NCBI RefSeq assembly: GCF_001194135.2
Contig: NC_068983.1
Span: forward strand, 160,240,099-160,304,098
DNA length: 64,000 nucleotides
Reading direction: 5' to 3'
Source of the DNA: Octopus bimaculoides
Lineage: Eukaryota
Shown here piece by piece: positions 1 to 13,811 of the stretch (positions are counted from its first letter, which is position 1; each line of letters begins with the position of its first letter). The notes under the pieces were generated by a model. It was not told the DNA's origin. It ran no database searches and was given only the letters and a program-made list of their open reading frames with translations. Made by a program: the position numbers and the translations under genes.

Positions 1-1212
1 TATATATATATATATATATTACTGTGTATATCATAGTATATACTATTGTATATTATACAATGTCTGTTGTTGATAATTTAATACTGGTTTACCAGAGTAT
101 TCAGGTATGTTGAAGATAAACACTATTTGAGCTGGAATTTATATAATTAATAATTTGACTTGGAAGAAAGTCAATTTTTCTATGTGAGACGTATAATACC
201 GGCTGTTTAGTTTATCGATTTTTTCACTACGACATGATTTGAACTCAAAACGTCGATAATTAAACTAAATATTGATTTATTTAAGCACAGGGCACATGGA
301 CGAACCGAATAGCCATTAGTGTTATAAAATCACCGAAGACTGAGCTTTTAGATTTGCTCATACCAAATTTTTTAGCCGTAACATTTATTGATTTATTTTT
401 CGTGGTCTGTATTAAATAACATTTTGGTCTCGTGAAAAAAGACTGCGAGTGAAAGGTATCAACCGTCTCAACCAACCATGGAAACAAAATACCAGAAGAC
501 ATTTAATCCGACAATTCACCACTTCTACCAACAGTCCACTCTCGAATTCTCGCAATTAATAAATAAAGCTAATCTCTGAGTAGATGAAGAGAACAAAATA
601 ACACCAAAGGCAACAACAACATGATTTATTAATTTCATAACAAACAGCATTAGAGCAAGTAAATAGAAAAAAAATATTAGACAGAAAGCAGCAAGTGAAG
701 CAAAGTTCTCCTAACCTATTGCAGAATGACAACTAATTGACTTTCTTTTGTTGAATGTTCAGCTTTCAAATTCGTTCAATAGTATTCTAAAAGAATTGAT
801 ACAATGGACGAACGAAGAAAAAAATAATAGCCTTCCATTTTCAATGTTGATCAATCAATATCTCAACTTTTGAAGTCGATGCAAGAATTATTATGTAAAA
901 CAAGAAACAAAACATTAAACAACTCAATCAAACTTAAAGCAGACTTTAAGGAAATGAACATAAAGTGAAGCATTGAACTTCACTTGTTTCAATTAATATA
1001 CATAAATATTCTCAAACTGAGTGCATTGCAAGAAGCAGCATCACGTGCAGCTGCATTTTATGCAATCTATGCTTCGCATTCTACATACAATGTTTGTGTT
1101 AGCCTTATTCAAATAATAGATTGCTTAGATTTTCTTTCTTCCTTTCTTATATTCTGAAATATTCTGTCATAAGCGAAAGTATCAAGATTCCTTTGTGTTA
1201 TTGAACATTTAC

Positions 1213-1316
1213 CTTCGCTCTTTGTTTCCATTCTTGTGATTTCTTAAACTCTCTGATATGAAGTTATCGTTGGTTACTGTTATAATAAGGTTATCACTGT
1301 CATCTTCAGCTGCCAT
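1213..1316 (-). CDS. Candidate first coding exon (MAAEDDSDNLIITVTNDNFISESLRNHKNGNKER), product unknown
   Basis: ATG in context ttcATGG with an in-frame TAA 9 nt upstream; 34 codons + 2 nt ending at a donor-like AG|GTAAAT. No homology recognised and no downstream exon found. Confidence 0.2.
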
Positions 1317-1867
1317 GAAGCTTTACTTCTCATCTAGCATGTCATATACTGACGAATATGTTGTTGTTCTTCTTGTTGTTGCTGTTGTGGTTGTTGTTGT
1401 TGTTGTTGCTATTGTTGCAGCCGTTGTTGTTTCTGTATAGCACAGGGCATAACCTGATCCAGAGGTTCTATGGCATGTATGTAAATAATTTGATAACTAG
1501 GCACCTCATATATACCACACATCTGCCTCGTTGAGGGTCTATACTGTGCATTCAGACTGAAGTAGTTTACTGTGGAAGGAAAAGTAAGAAAGTTGGGACA
1601 TGTTGCTTATTTTCCTCACTGTTCTTGTGCATCTATAGGTTTTGGTGGCAACCCCATCTGAACCAGACAAGGCAGACAGGATCAAAACATAACCGCAGTT
1701 CAATTTCTCTTCTTCATTAAGCAATAGTATGTCCCAGAACGATGTTTGAGAGACTAAGATTTATGATCCTGCTGTTATATACTTTTATGTTGTTTTTCTT
1801 TCCTATTCGTCGTGTGAGAGAAATAATGTGCCTTAATGTAGTTTTGTAAAAGTTATTGTCATTTAGC

Positions 1868-2065
1868 CTCAACTCAGCATTGGTCGAACCGACCCTGAGC
1901 AATGGTAGTTCAGTCTTTAATTGAAATTGTGTCGAAGTTTACACTATCCAATGTGTCTTACATTTTTAACACAAAAGGGTGTGATCTGAGAGGCGTTTTG
2001 TTGCTCATTCTCGTAGGTTGAGCGACCACGTCGTGGAAGTACTGCCCTGTCTTGTTTTTTGGAGC
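1868..2065 (-). mobile_element. Interspersed repeat family E (SINE-like, (CAA)n tail), degenerate copy
   Basis: Shares motifs tttagcc(c)c..., gtgtgatctgagagg...gagcgaccacgt with copies at 13.3, 13.6, 25.5, 26.4, 27.3, 57.1 and 58.0 kb. Confidence 0.6.
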
Positions 2066-2197
2066 TGAATCTGCATGAAGGAGCAGGGTTTCAATGAACT
2101 GGATCTTACTCTGGTCCTATAATGCATTCTTCTCATATCCAGGTGTTCTTTTAGGTTTTTTACGTATTCTCATTTTTATTTTGTTTATGTTTTCCTT

Positions 2198-2233
<36 letters not shown>

Positions 2234-2799
2234 TTGTTATCCTGAAATATTCATCATATTTTACACTAAATTTCAAGTGCAGGTAACACTTTGATCTGCT
2301 TCTAAATTTTGAATTTGAAGTTCACTAAGAAGGTTAATGTGCCTCACAAGCGACAATATGAGAGAATCTTGGTAAGAAAGGAAACACGTCAGGATGCGAT
2401 AATGCTTTATCGCTTTAATGTATAGAGAGAGCTATTAAAGATTTACTGAAATCTTTCTTGAACGCATATAGTTGTCAATAAACCTCTCTCTATATATAAT
2501 AATGTCATTGAATTACACTGCATATTCCAAATTCTTTAGTCGCTATTTAGATTTGTGGGGCTTGTATTCTTTAGAAAATGCTTTAATGCGTCTGACTATC
2601 CCATTGCTTAGTTCTAATTTGTTGCGATCAACATTTCGCAAGTTAGGTTTGTTAGCTGTTTACTTCAGATATGTTTAACTGTATACTTTGAATTGCGTAA
2701 AATATATATATTTATCAAAGCTACAGCTAGTCTAAATGATATGACTGGTCAGTTGATTGGCACAGCATTTTCACCATGGTCAAATAAATAAATTATCTC

Positions 2800-4180
2800 T
2801 GTTTTAGGATCTTTTCTGTTTGGTTGCCAGCGGCTCCTAAAATTAAACTTTACCGAAAATTTTAAAATTTGGTGCAATAATACGCTTGCCCAAACTGAAT
2901 TGCTGGAGTTATTTCCAGAAAAATGTTTCCCAGAAAAATGTTTTTAAAAAGTTAAAGAGGTTTAAAGTTTAATAATTTTCACCCAGTCAGGAAACAGGAT
3001 TTAGAAGCTGTCATTTTGTGCGTGACTGCACATTTTGTCAACATCCTGAAAATAGCATGTGTTGTCAATATTTATAAACAACACGTGTTATGTCTCCGGC
3101 AATTTTCTTTCATGTAAATAAATGTTTATATTAATTTAAAAGAGAAAAACAGTTAATTTTAAATCTCTGGATCTTGTTCAAAACGGGGGCACCAGTTTTC
3201 ATTAAGGTTTTATGTAGTGTTTTTGGTACCGAAAGACTTTCAAACTTCGTATACTTATCTATTTTGTGTTATAGAACAGAAAAAAAAATTTGTATTCGAA
3301 TTTATTTCATGTAAAAAAAATTGTCTTATTTCGATAATTTCAACCAATCACTGACAAGTATTCAGCTGTTTACACTTACTCCTTTGGCAGTTTAAGNNNN
3401 NNNNNNNNNNNNNNNNNNNNNNNNNNNNNNNNNNNNNNNNNNNNNNNNNNNNNNNNNNNNNNNNNNNNNNNNNNNNNNNNNNNNNNNNNNNNNNNNNNNN
3501 NNNNNNNNNNNNNNNNNNNNNNNNNNNNNNNNNNNNNNNNNNNNNNNNNNNNNNNNNNNNNNNNNNNNNNNNCAGAAATACGACAACTTTAACATGAAAT
3601 AACTTGCGATGTACGTTTTTTTGTTAAGAAGACTAAGAGAAAAAGATGTTTTATATGACACATTCTACTAGTGTCCCAAGTTTCAAAGTGTTTCGTTAAG
3701 AAAATACTGGTGCCCCCGTTTTGAACAAGATCCAAATCTCTGAGCGAGATGTTGGCAAATAAACTTTAATTTAAAAGATTTATCAAAACAATCTTATTTA
3801 GCTGTTATTTTTAGCACACCTCACAGCCACCTCAATGCTCAATGACAAAAAGAAACGAGTAAACAAGACTGCTGTCAACACGTGATCCCTCGCAGACTTT
3901 TCAAAGGCTGTTACTATGGCATGAGGTAAAAGAGTTCCCATGTTTCTGCTAGTTACTATCGAAGCATGCATGAATGTGTTTGTGGCTTACGATTGGCTAA
4001 AATTACCAAACTTTTCAAACTTTAATAACTAATAACTCTTTATTTATTGATTTATAGCGAAAATTACTTTCATGTCATTAATTAGCCTATAAAAGTGTAT
4101 CATTACACTGAATATGAAATCAATTCGAACAGAAAATCGACGCTGGTAGCCGCTGACACCCAAAACAGAAGAGATCCCAG
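2800..4180. mobile_element. Long inverted-repeat (foldback/MITE-like) DNA element spanning a gap
   Basis: Outer IR ggatcttttctgtttggttgccagcggct (2807-2835) vs reverse complement of 4148-4177; inner IR gatcttgttcaaaacgggggcaccagt (about 3170) vs reverse complement at about 3707-3733, with diverged similarity extending towards the gap. Confidence 0.6.
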
Positions 4181-4697
4181 TTTTAATCCGCTTAACTATC
4201 ATATGAGAGTTTTATTCATGCTGAATGTATGGACAACGCTGTAGAGTCGTACAAAGTTTAGTGAATTTAGATTTAGAGTGAAGAATGAAAATAGACTACT
4301 ACATTCCGTTGCTTTGTCTACAAGAAATCACTGAACTAGACCTCGAGCTATTTTATGCTTCCACTGACGCCTTCCACCACCAACATTTTTATTAACCGGC
4401 CATCTCTACCAACTAGCAATAATCAGAAGGACACGAAATGCAGAAGCATGTGATTTTTACAAGAAAAATACGTGGAATGCCAAAACTGATATTATGAAAG
4501 TTCAATTTCATTCATTTCAACTTTTTACCATTTTATTCCAGCGGGAACAGATCATCTTAAACGACCGAACCGGCAGCTGCTTCGTGAAAAAAAAATGCAT
4601 ATTGTCGTTCTATTTTCCGTGATAAAGTTCTCAAGCATTTTGTTCTTCTTATCTTTTCAATATCTATTTACTCGTGTGTAACCTCTTAACTTTTCAA

Positions 4698-4731
<34 letters not shown>

Positions 4732-4734
4732 GTG

Positions 4735-5040
4735 AAAACACGTGTAGCTAAGTGATTAGGTTAATCGACTCCCAGTTGTAAAATCATGAGTTTGATTCCT
4801 AGTGTCTTCTTGAGCAAGACACTTTATCTCACATTACTACAATCCACTCAGCTGACAAAATGAGCTGTGCCTGTAATTCAAAGAACCAACCTTGTCACAT
4901 TCTGTGTCACACTGAATTTCCCTGAGATCTACATTACGGTATGCGTGTCTGTGGAGAACTCAACTACTTGCACGCTAATTTTACGAGCAGGCTGTTCCGT
5001 TGATCGGATTAACTGGAACCCTCATCGTCGTAATCGACAG
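4735..5040 (+). mobile_element. tRNA-headed SINE, family D
   Basis: tRNA-like head with B-box-like gagtttgattcc, central ttgagcaagacacttt domain, tail ...caggctgttccgttgatcggattaactggaaccctcatcgtcgtaatcgac; second copy at 10.7 kb. Confidence 0.8.
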
Positions 5041-6361
5041 TATACTTGCTCACACACACCCATACACACACAAACACACGCANNNNNNNNNNGTATACTT
5101 GCTCACACACACCCATACACACACAAACACACGCACATACACACATACGTGTATGTGTGTGTTTCGTTTTGTGCTTGTCATATCAAAAATGTTCCCTATG
5201 AAACTATTTTCAGTACTGGAGCTATTTCAAAATACATCAATTTTCAGGCACTTTGAATTGGAACTGGGCATTTTCGTTAATAGTATATTTTCATAATCTG
5301 AACTGTTCGTAAAAATAACGAAAATCCTTAAACAGCAACTTGCAGTGAAATAGCTGATAAATGTGATATTCAGCCATGCTGATTAAAACGCATGAGTCAA
5401 AACCTAAATTTCACGATATATTAATAATCTAGATTCTGCTTGTAGTTAGGTTTATATTTACATAGGATTCCTGTAAATAATCTTCGTATTTGTTTACAAC
5501 GTTTACGATGTAACATGCTTGGGTTACGCTGAAGACGCTGAAAACTTTAATTAAGGTCAATAAATCACTTTAGTTCGTGTGTTCTGACTACAAATTTTTT
5601 AATAAAGAATTCTATACAACAATACACAATTTTCAGACAGAAATCTAAATTTTCATTATTAAAGTATGGTACAGAAATAGTTGCTACTCTTTAGCCAAGC
5701 TATTCAACAAATATTGATTTCATATAAATGAGGTACCAGAATACAATTTATAACAGAAGGACAAGAGATTGTGTTACATCCATGTCTTTAGCAGGGACAG
5801 ATGTAGCGTGGGTGAAATGAATTGCTTCAGGGAAATGAAATGGAAACCACCTGCAATTTCAGATCATATAACATTAACTTTTTGCTCTCAAGTGCACGCC
5901 ATTATGCTAAAAATGTTGTTGTCTTGTTTATATGTCATAAGGGCACTGTATTTTAAATGAAAGGTGAATTGACAATTTGTGACGTTTATATCTTGCCCAA
6001 AGGTCGTTAATCAATAAGTGAAATGAAGCTTGTCACAAACTCAACTTGGTGTAAAATTACTTGGTCAAAAACTCTCATTACATACACATATACGTACATA
6101 TATACATGCATACGCAGACGCATGTACACAACAATTAGTTCAAACGAACACTTTCAAAAGTTTCAGAATGAAAATGGATTAATATCATTATCCATTGAAC
6201 CGACATAAGGTGAAACTAACAGTCGTAATGCTATTGATGATTAATCCAGATTTTGAGTAAAGTTATGTCTTCACATTTTTGTATTGCTCTTTATTGTCTT
6301 TTAGTATGTATTTATAAGTGTAAATGTATGCGCGTATATATATATATATACGTGTGTGTGT

Positions 6362-6409
<48 letters not shown>

Positions 6410-7485
6410 GTTGATACATGCGCATGACTGTCAGGCTAATGTGGTGGCGATTACTATATAAATGTATTTCAGAAAGAAAAGATTTTATTGCCTTGGCGGT
6501 TTTTTGAAAACGAACTCTTTGGGAGTTAAGAACATTATGATTTATCAAATTACTATAGATTGCTTTATTTGGGAAAGGCATAGGAAATTTCTGGTTACGG
6601 AAGGTCACTCTAACATTATTGCTAATTAAAAAGAAAATGTTTTGTTCCATTGAGACTTCCTCTTACCTCTATTGGGATGTCGTTATGGATTTTTAGGATA
6701 CACCCACGTATGTAGAGCCATGAACAGATTAATTATGTGCACTTAATCAATATTTTGGTTTGATGTTTCAAGATCAATATACTTTCCAGAGTATAAAGGG
6801 TACAGAAAGTATTGAACTGTGGATAAATTGGTGCTATATCTAAAGCCGCCATTCAATATGGAGTATAGTGCTATGTTTCAAATAGCACTATACTCCAACA
6901 CTTCAGATATGTGTTGCCAGATCTATCCAATCTTCGTTTAATGTTTTAAATGTGTGATTATGTTGGTGAAATCTGCATTTAAACTGGTTTGCAGTCAAAC
7001 GTGTACGTAATAAAAACTGTTTTGCTTAATGTTAGTTGTGAAAAAGTTGCATATATAATTCATATTTCCAAGAAGTTTCTATTGAGAGGGCATACCCTCT
7101 GTTGCTGGCAATTTAATTTCTGTCCCCTTAAGTGTGCATTCCGTTGGTCATAATTTTATATTTCATTATTATCTTATTAATAAATGTAAAAATTGGTTTC
7201 AAATTTCATTAGATTTGAATAGCTTATAAGTGAGATTGTTTAAAGCGTTTTCCTGTTCGGGATGGTAGAATACACTTCTTAGAAAACGAAGAAAAGTGTC
7301 CTTACATTAATCGAATGTGTTGGGTTATTCCAGGCGATCATTTTATTACACTTTTTTTTTGTTATGTCTCGTATGTTTATGATATTTCATAATTTATTCG
7401 ACACTATTAGATGTCAGTGTTCTGTTGCATGTATTTGGTATCCTGCTGAATAAAGTTTCACCTTGAGGTTGTCGAGTTTTGTCTT

Positions 7486-7642
7486 CTGGCGGAAGCAAGA
7501 ACTGGGTGGCTGAGGGGCACGTGCCCTCCTCAAGAAAAGAAGTACGCCCTTCTAAATGATGATATTACGCCCTTTTCTCCTGGGATTGTATTCCCTTCCG
7601 ACCCTGTGACAACGCTTCGAAAAATTCTTGGGACCGCGCCTG
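7486..7642. mobile_element. Short GC-rich MITE-like element
   Basis: Imperfect terminal IRs (ctggcggaagcaagaa / ttcttgggaccgcgcctg) and internal palindrome ggggcacgtgccct; GC island in AT-rich background. Confidence 0.45.
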
Positions 7643-10600
7643 AAACGGATGGACAGGTTTCTAAGAATCTATGCTGAATGGTTGCAGTTATTATCTAAAT
7701 ATAAGAAATTAATTCTTTGTACGGTTGGAAGTTTTGAGCATTAAAGTTGAATGTCAACTATAAGAAATTGATTATTTTGTAGTTAAGACATTTTTGTAAT
7801 TTTGAAGTTCAGGTAGTTATAAATTTTGGCTAATGTCTATCCTGACATTATCTTCTTCCTGTCCATCGATTGAAGGTATGCATGAAAGAGAAATTCTGCT
7901 CGTTTGTCTTGGCTAAGACAAGCAGCAATGTTTTTGGCTTCCTTATATATATATAGAAATCAAAATATTTGAGCTTATTTTGTGTGAGCATATATGACTG
8001 CAACCACGTAAATAGTGAATTTGTATTTTTCTTTAGAAGTTGAAATTTTAAAAATCGTCACTTCACATATTTTTTGTGAACAATTTTCAGGAAATAAAAG
8101 TAGTATTTATTAAAAATTGATACTTATGCTACTATTCAGAGCATTATATACATGTTATTTTAGTTACTTTTGCATTATATCTGTTAGTTTCATATTAATA
8201 TTACACGTCTGTTTATGTGATGTAATGTCTATTAAGATCCTTCATTACTAATTACACCCCTTCAATATTAATTTTTAAAAGGAACGAAACTAACCGTTGT
8301 GTTTCAGCAGTAGTTCGTTTGTGTTGCGTTGTGTTACATATGTTTTCGTGAGTTGGTTTAGTTGCAGAGAAGAAAACATTACTATTGAAAAACGGAATAG
8401 CCAGCTATAAACAAAAATTTACAAAAATATGCATGTGTGTGTGTGTCTGTATGTGTGCTGTGGTATTGGTTAGATTTCTCGAGTCCCTACTTTTTATCCC
8501 TATATATANNNNNNNNNNNNNNNNNNNNNNNNNNNNNNNNNNNNNNNNNNNNNNNNNNNNNNNNNNNNNNNNNNNNNNNNNNNNNNNNNNNNNNNNNNNN
8601 NNNNNNNNNNNNNNNNNNNNNNNNNNNNNNNNNNNNNNNNNNNNNNNNNNNNNNNNNNNNNNNNNNNNNNNNNNNNNNNTATATAGATGCATACATTTGT
8701 ATACATGTAGAGACTAATTGAAGGTCGACAGTGAAGGAGTTTGTGTTATTTTATCTGTAAATGTAAATATAATATATAGATATATACAAAGATATTAACG
8801 GATTTCTTGGATAATAAGTATACCTATAAATATACACAATAGACGTGCATTTGTATGAATAGATATATTCAAAATAATATTTCATTACATATTCATACGA
8901 ATCACCTCATATTACACACGTCTTTACACTGATACACCGCCATCTCTGAGAGTTACTTAAAAAGATCTAATCAGAACACAATCTACCTTTTAGCCATTTA
9001 GAAATAAAGCATACTTATCGACAACATTGTGTAAACCGAGTTATTGTGTTTTTCCTCACTTTTGTAAAAAGTAAACACAATTTTCTTAATGTTTCCTTTG
9101 TTTGAAATTATGCATTATATTTATATTCTATATCTGGCTGGCAAGATAAAAAAAGACAGGAATAAACCAAAGTAAGGTTATCAAGGAAAAAACTGTATAG
9201 TATTTCTTTTATCGCTGATGAATAGAAAGATAATTGAGTTTTATTATTCTTTTATAGCCTGAGATATGTTTAGGTCTATATTAATTCGGAAGAGTACTAA
9301 TGATCCTTAGTGCATTACTTTACTGATTAAAGAATATAGATATTACTTATTCTCACAAGTTTCTGTTATTTATTTTGAAAATATAAGTTATTTCACATAA
9401 AAGTTTATATATTCACCGTGTGCTTATTAATCTTATGGAAGTTTTATCAGTCAGTTTCAAATTATTCAATAACGTCTCAGATATAAATGTAAACATGATG
9501 CTAGAATTATCAAAACTATCAATAATTACTTAACTGACAACTAGAACAAGGCACCGGCTTAGAATCATTATCTGTTATTTGGAAGCACTCATAGAACTGG
9601 ATACTAACATATGTCTTAGTTGAAGGGTTGAATGTTGTCAAAACGACCGACCACTAATTAGTGAGAGAGCGAAATCCTGGACGATTTCTGGTGCAACCGA
9701 TGATGATGATGATGATGACGACGATGACGACGATGATGATGATGGGGGCGGGGTGGTGGTGGGGGTGTTGATGGTTTTGGGGTGATGATGAAAAATCAGT
9801 ATGGAATTCTGAATTCATATTGTTTTTCTTGTATGAAAGGTTTGATTTAAACATTTGTAAGAAGGTTGTGAAGATAAACTTGACTATTTCATTGAATAGA
9901 GCAAGCAACTACTTAAGATCACTCTCGATTGACACGGAAACATAGCTTAAATTGGCATATACTTTTTTTTTCTTTAGATGTAATAACATGAGAAACATTT
10001 ATATGACGATGATTACTTTGATTGTAATATTCAATTGAGATTATGCATCTTTCTTCATCCTGGTCACTCGTAAATTTCCAGAAGGTAAAAGTTTAACAAA
10101 ATTTCTCGATGCCTCAGTATAATGTTAGTCACTTGTGTAATCTCTTTATGCACAATTCTTATTTCTACAACTAGCTGGTCAGTATTCTGATCGCCAGGTT
10201 TGCCTATTGCTTCAAAGTTAAAAGATTAAAGTAACGTACAGGGATGCATGTCTATGAAACTAATTAACTAAATTTTAAAAAGAATTAATAGTAGAAGTGT
10301 AAGGATTAAAATACTTCATGAATATGCAGCTTGAAATTACATAAAGAGCCATAGAGTGTGTGCACTAATTTTGTCAACTTAGCGAAGTCCAGTCAAATAT
10401 TCTCTTTTTTAAATTAATTCAAAGATGTAACATTCATCAGCTCTAATAGAGTAATGACAATGAAACGGCTTCAATTAGAGGTGAATTCTTGCACGTACGG
10501 TATCATTTTATTGATTATTGCTTTATCTTTCAAATAAATTAGAATATGTTACCGAATACAGTTGATTATGCACGCTTCAGTTTTCTATGTCATGGGTCAT

Positions 10601-10659
10601 GGGTTAGTTATGATTATCCAGACATAAATAAGTTAACTATTTGACTATTATTCTATGTT

Positions 10660-11010
10660 GTTGTTGTTGTTGTTGGCAGTCTGTCGCTTACGACGTCGAG
10701 GGTTCCAGTTGATGCGATCAACGGAACAGCCTGCTCGTGAAATTAACGTGCAAGTGGCTGAGCACTCCACAGACACGTGTACCCTTAACGCAGTTCTCGG
10801 GGATATTCAGCGTGACACAGAGTGTGACAAGGCTGACCCTTTGAATTACAGGCACAACAGAAACAGGAAGTAAGAGTGAGAGAAGAGAGAGTTGTGGTGA
10901 AAGAGAGTACAGCAGGGTTCGCCACCATCCCTTACCGGAGCCTCGTGAAGCTTTTAGGTGTTTTCGCTCAATAAACACTCAGAACGCCCGGTCTGGGAAT
11001 CGAAACTGCG
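10660..11010 (-). mobile_element. SINE family D copy with (CAA)n tail
   Basis: Reverse complement matches the 4735-5040 tail; right end carries reverse-complement tRNA-like B-box (gggaatcgaaac). Confidence 0.8.
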
Positions 11011-12820
11011 TAGTTAATGTGCTGCCCGCATGCTTCTTTCAGTTATGGCATAGGAAATTTCTTGTGAAATCGCTTCAACCTGTGTATTAAATGAGCTTAG
11101 ACTTACTATCTTTCGATTGTGATGTACTGCAGAGGTTAATTATATATCATAGACTTTGCTTTTCAATATATAAGCAACATATTCTTTGCCTCGTATTGCC
11201 AAATATCTCTCGTAATGACATAATGACATAATTCCTCTCTTATTTATAACCTTTTTCACACAGGCATCAACTATACACAACATGTACGATATCAAGTCAG
11301 CTATAGTACTTCTCTGAATAGAAACTTTGAAGTTGTCCTCCAGTGAAGAAATGAAAACTTGGTCAAATTCAGTAGCATATCTCTTCCATTAGTATCGGCG
11401 ATGATTGTTCTAGTTCTTTGTTAAATCATAAAATAAGTGGCTGAATGCTCCACAAATACTTGCATTTTGCAGTAATATTAAAGGAGAATCAGCATAACAG
11501 TGTAACAAACTGACCCTTTGAATTACAAGTTTAATTTGTCTGATGTCCTTTCACAAAGCCTCCGTCTACGCAATTTTCCTCAGAAGGCTTAGCCTGATCT
11601 GACGTTAAAGTAAAAGACAAAACTATTTGTTGTGGGATGGAATGCAGTTTAATCCTAAACAGTCACTAGCTGCTACGAAGCTCAAGCTCAACTACATCGG
11701 ACTGCTGCTTACATCCGCGTTTTCTCTTCGTTTCCGAAGATGAAAACCCCATTTCTTTGACACCGGCGAGCAACGGAGGACGTATCTGTGTAGGAAAATC
11801 GCAACTACCCCTATCGGTTCTACATTTTTCATATGTCCTCACGAGCGAGGTGCTACGAAAGTGGTGGTATGTCATTATCATAATTAGGGATGGCACTTCT
11901 ACCACCGGAATGAAAGGTGAGCTGTCTACGTATTGTTCTCAGAAGTTCTAATTTCGACTTGTACTGGATTTGAATTAAAGATAAAAGTGGGATGTTCAGG
12001 ACAACCAGCCTCGATCTCGTTCCAGATTTACTGGACATATAGCAAGTTCAAACAAGACAATTGGAGGCACACTAAAATGTCAGTGGGATGACCAGGGCAT
12101 TCTATGTGACAATGTGCTTGAGTGTATGTGCCCTACTGCAATGCTGCTGTATTTCGTCTTTCTACCCGCTGAAAATTAACTATTAATAGTGAAGGTTACT
12201 CCGCATTTTCTCTAAAAGTCTTCTCTTTACATGCGTATAGTAACAACCTCTAACGTATGTTACTGAGATATATCTTGGGTGGAGAAACTGTTACACACAC
12301 ATATGCTTTGTATCGCAGCCAAAATATTGCCTCCGATTGCGTACAAACATTTCCTTCTCACCAAGTTAACAAAACATTATCCATCTAAAGTGTTACGGGA
12401 CCTGGGGATGGGGATCCATGTTCTTGAAATTATATTTACCCTGTATATAAATATGTTAAACTCTTAAACAAATTAGTTACTTAACCAATCATGTATCTTG
12501 TTTTATTAAACAATCTCGGTTTTTATCAATTTAACATAACTCTACCAGTCACATCACACAATACATTTACGAATAGATAAGGCTTTCAAGACAATGACTG
12601 TGTTATGTAAAGTTTCACGATAAGATATCTAGTTAAAATGTAATTGGTTTATGCTTTCCTGATAATACATGACATATAATTCCTGTTCTAGATGTTCTAC
12701 ATTACACAAGACATCTTGCAAATAACATTTCTTCTTTTACTTTATAAACAACGTAATGATGTATTCGTTATAATTCCTATCACAGTTACGTGTTTTCATT
12801 CATACTTGCTGTTGCCGCTA

Positions 12821-12852
<32 letters not shown>

Positions 12853-12875
12853 TGGTGAGGTGGGGTGGAATTAAT

Positions 12876-13063
12876 GGCGGTGAGCTGGCAGAATCGTTAG
12901 CATGCCGGGCAAAATGCTCAGCGGTATTTCGTCTGTCCTTACGTTCAGAGTTCAAATTCCGCCGAGGTCGACTTCGCCTTTCATCCTTTCGGAGTAGATA
13001 AATTAAGTGCCAATGAAGCACTGGGGTCGATGTAATCGACTAACCCCTCCCCCAAATTTCAGG
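12876..13063 (+). mobile_element. SINE family B (ggtgagctggcagaatcgttagc... gagttcaaattccgccgaggtcgac...)
   Basis: A-box/B-box-like head (gagttcaaattcc); many homologous copies in window; flanked by (TAG)n tracts. Confidence 0.85.
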
Positions 13064-13068
13064 TGTAA

Positions 13069-13078
13069 TAGTAGTAGT

Positions 13079-13154
<76 letters not shown>
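13069..13154. repeat. (TAG)n/(CAG)n microsatellite
   Basis: Direct reading. Confidence 0.95.
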
Positions 13155-13324
13155 ATCCACAAAGTACTATTCTATAGAACATTGCGATAACTGATTTATA
13201 TTTTAATAAATTTATACAGTTCCTTTCCTGTTACATATTATGCTGATTGTGATAGAGTATGATGATACATGAAGGTTTTCCAATGGTAAAATATTAATTA
13301 AGCATGCTACCTATGGCGGCGGCG

Positions 13325-13811
13325 GCTATTTAGCCCCAAATTAGTTCTGATAGAACTGACTGACCAACGGTCACATTTATTCTAATCACGATCATCCCAT
13401 TTTTGATTAAAACTACACTGTCCAATGAGCCCAGCTGTTTTTAAGGCGACATGGTGAACATTTGAGGGAAATTTGGCGGCTATATCTAGCATGTCCATCG
13501 ACAATACAGAAGCGCCTTCATTGGCTCCTGGTTATTTTGATGGTGTACATTATAATAGGTTGCTATCCCTGAAGCTAACAATGGTATCTCTACGTAATCA
13601 CTCGATGTGCTAAAAGTGGCTGGAAAGCATCCCTTAAATCACACACTACTGTCTCAAAATAGATGATGTAAGATTTCATCGGATAACATAATTTTAAATA
13701 CATGACGTTAGAAAAGAAAAGAAAAAAATAATTGACACGGTTGGATCGCTTTGGATTATAAGAAAGCTCAATCAGGAACGACCTGGTGTTAAACAGCGCG
13801 ACAACAACAAC
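13325..13811. mobile_element. Two family E repeats in opposite orientation (about 13325-13530 minus, 13580-13811 plus)
   Basis: Left copy carries gggaaatttggcggctatatctagc; right copy is the opposite sense, ending gacctggtgttaaac...caacaacaac. Confidence 0.5.

Noticed and set aside
5040-5140. Apparent 43-bp direct repeat across a 10-N gap (also tctgcaacac at 30272-30301)
   Set aside because: Typical unmerged contig overlap, an assembly artefact
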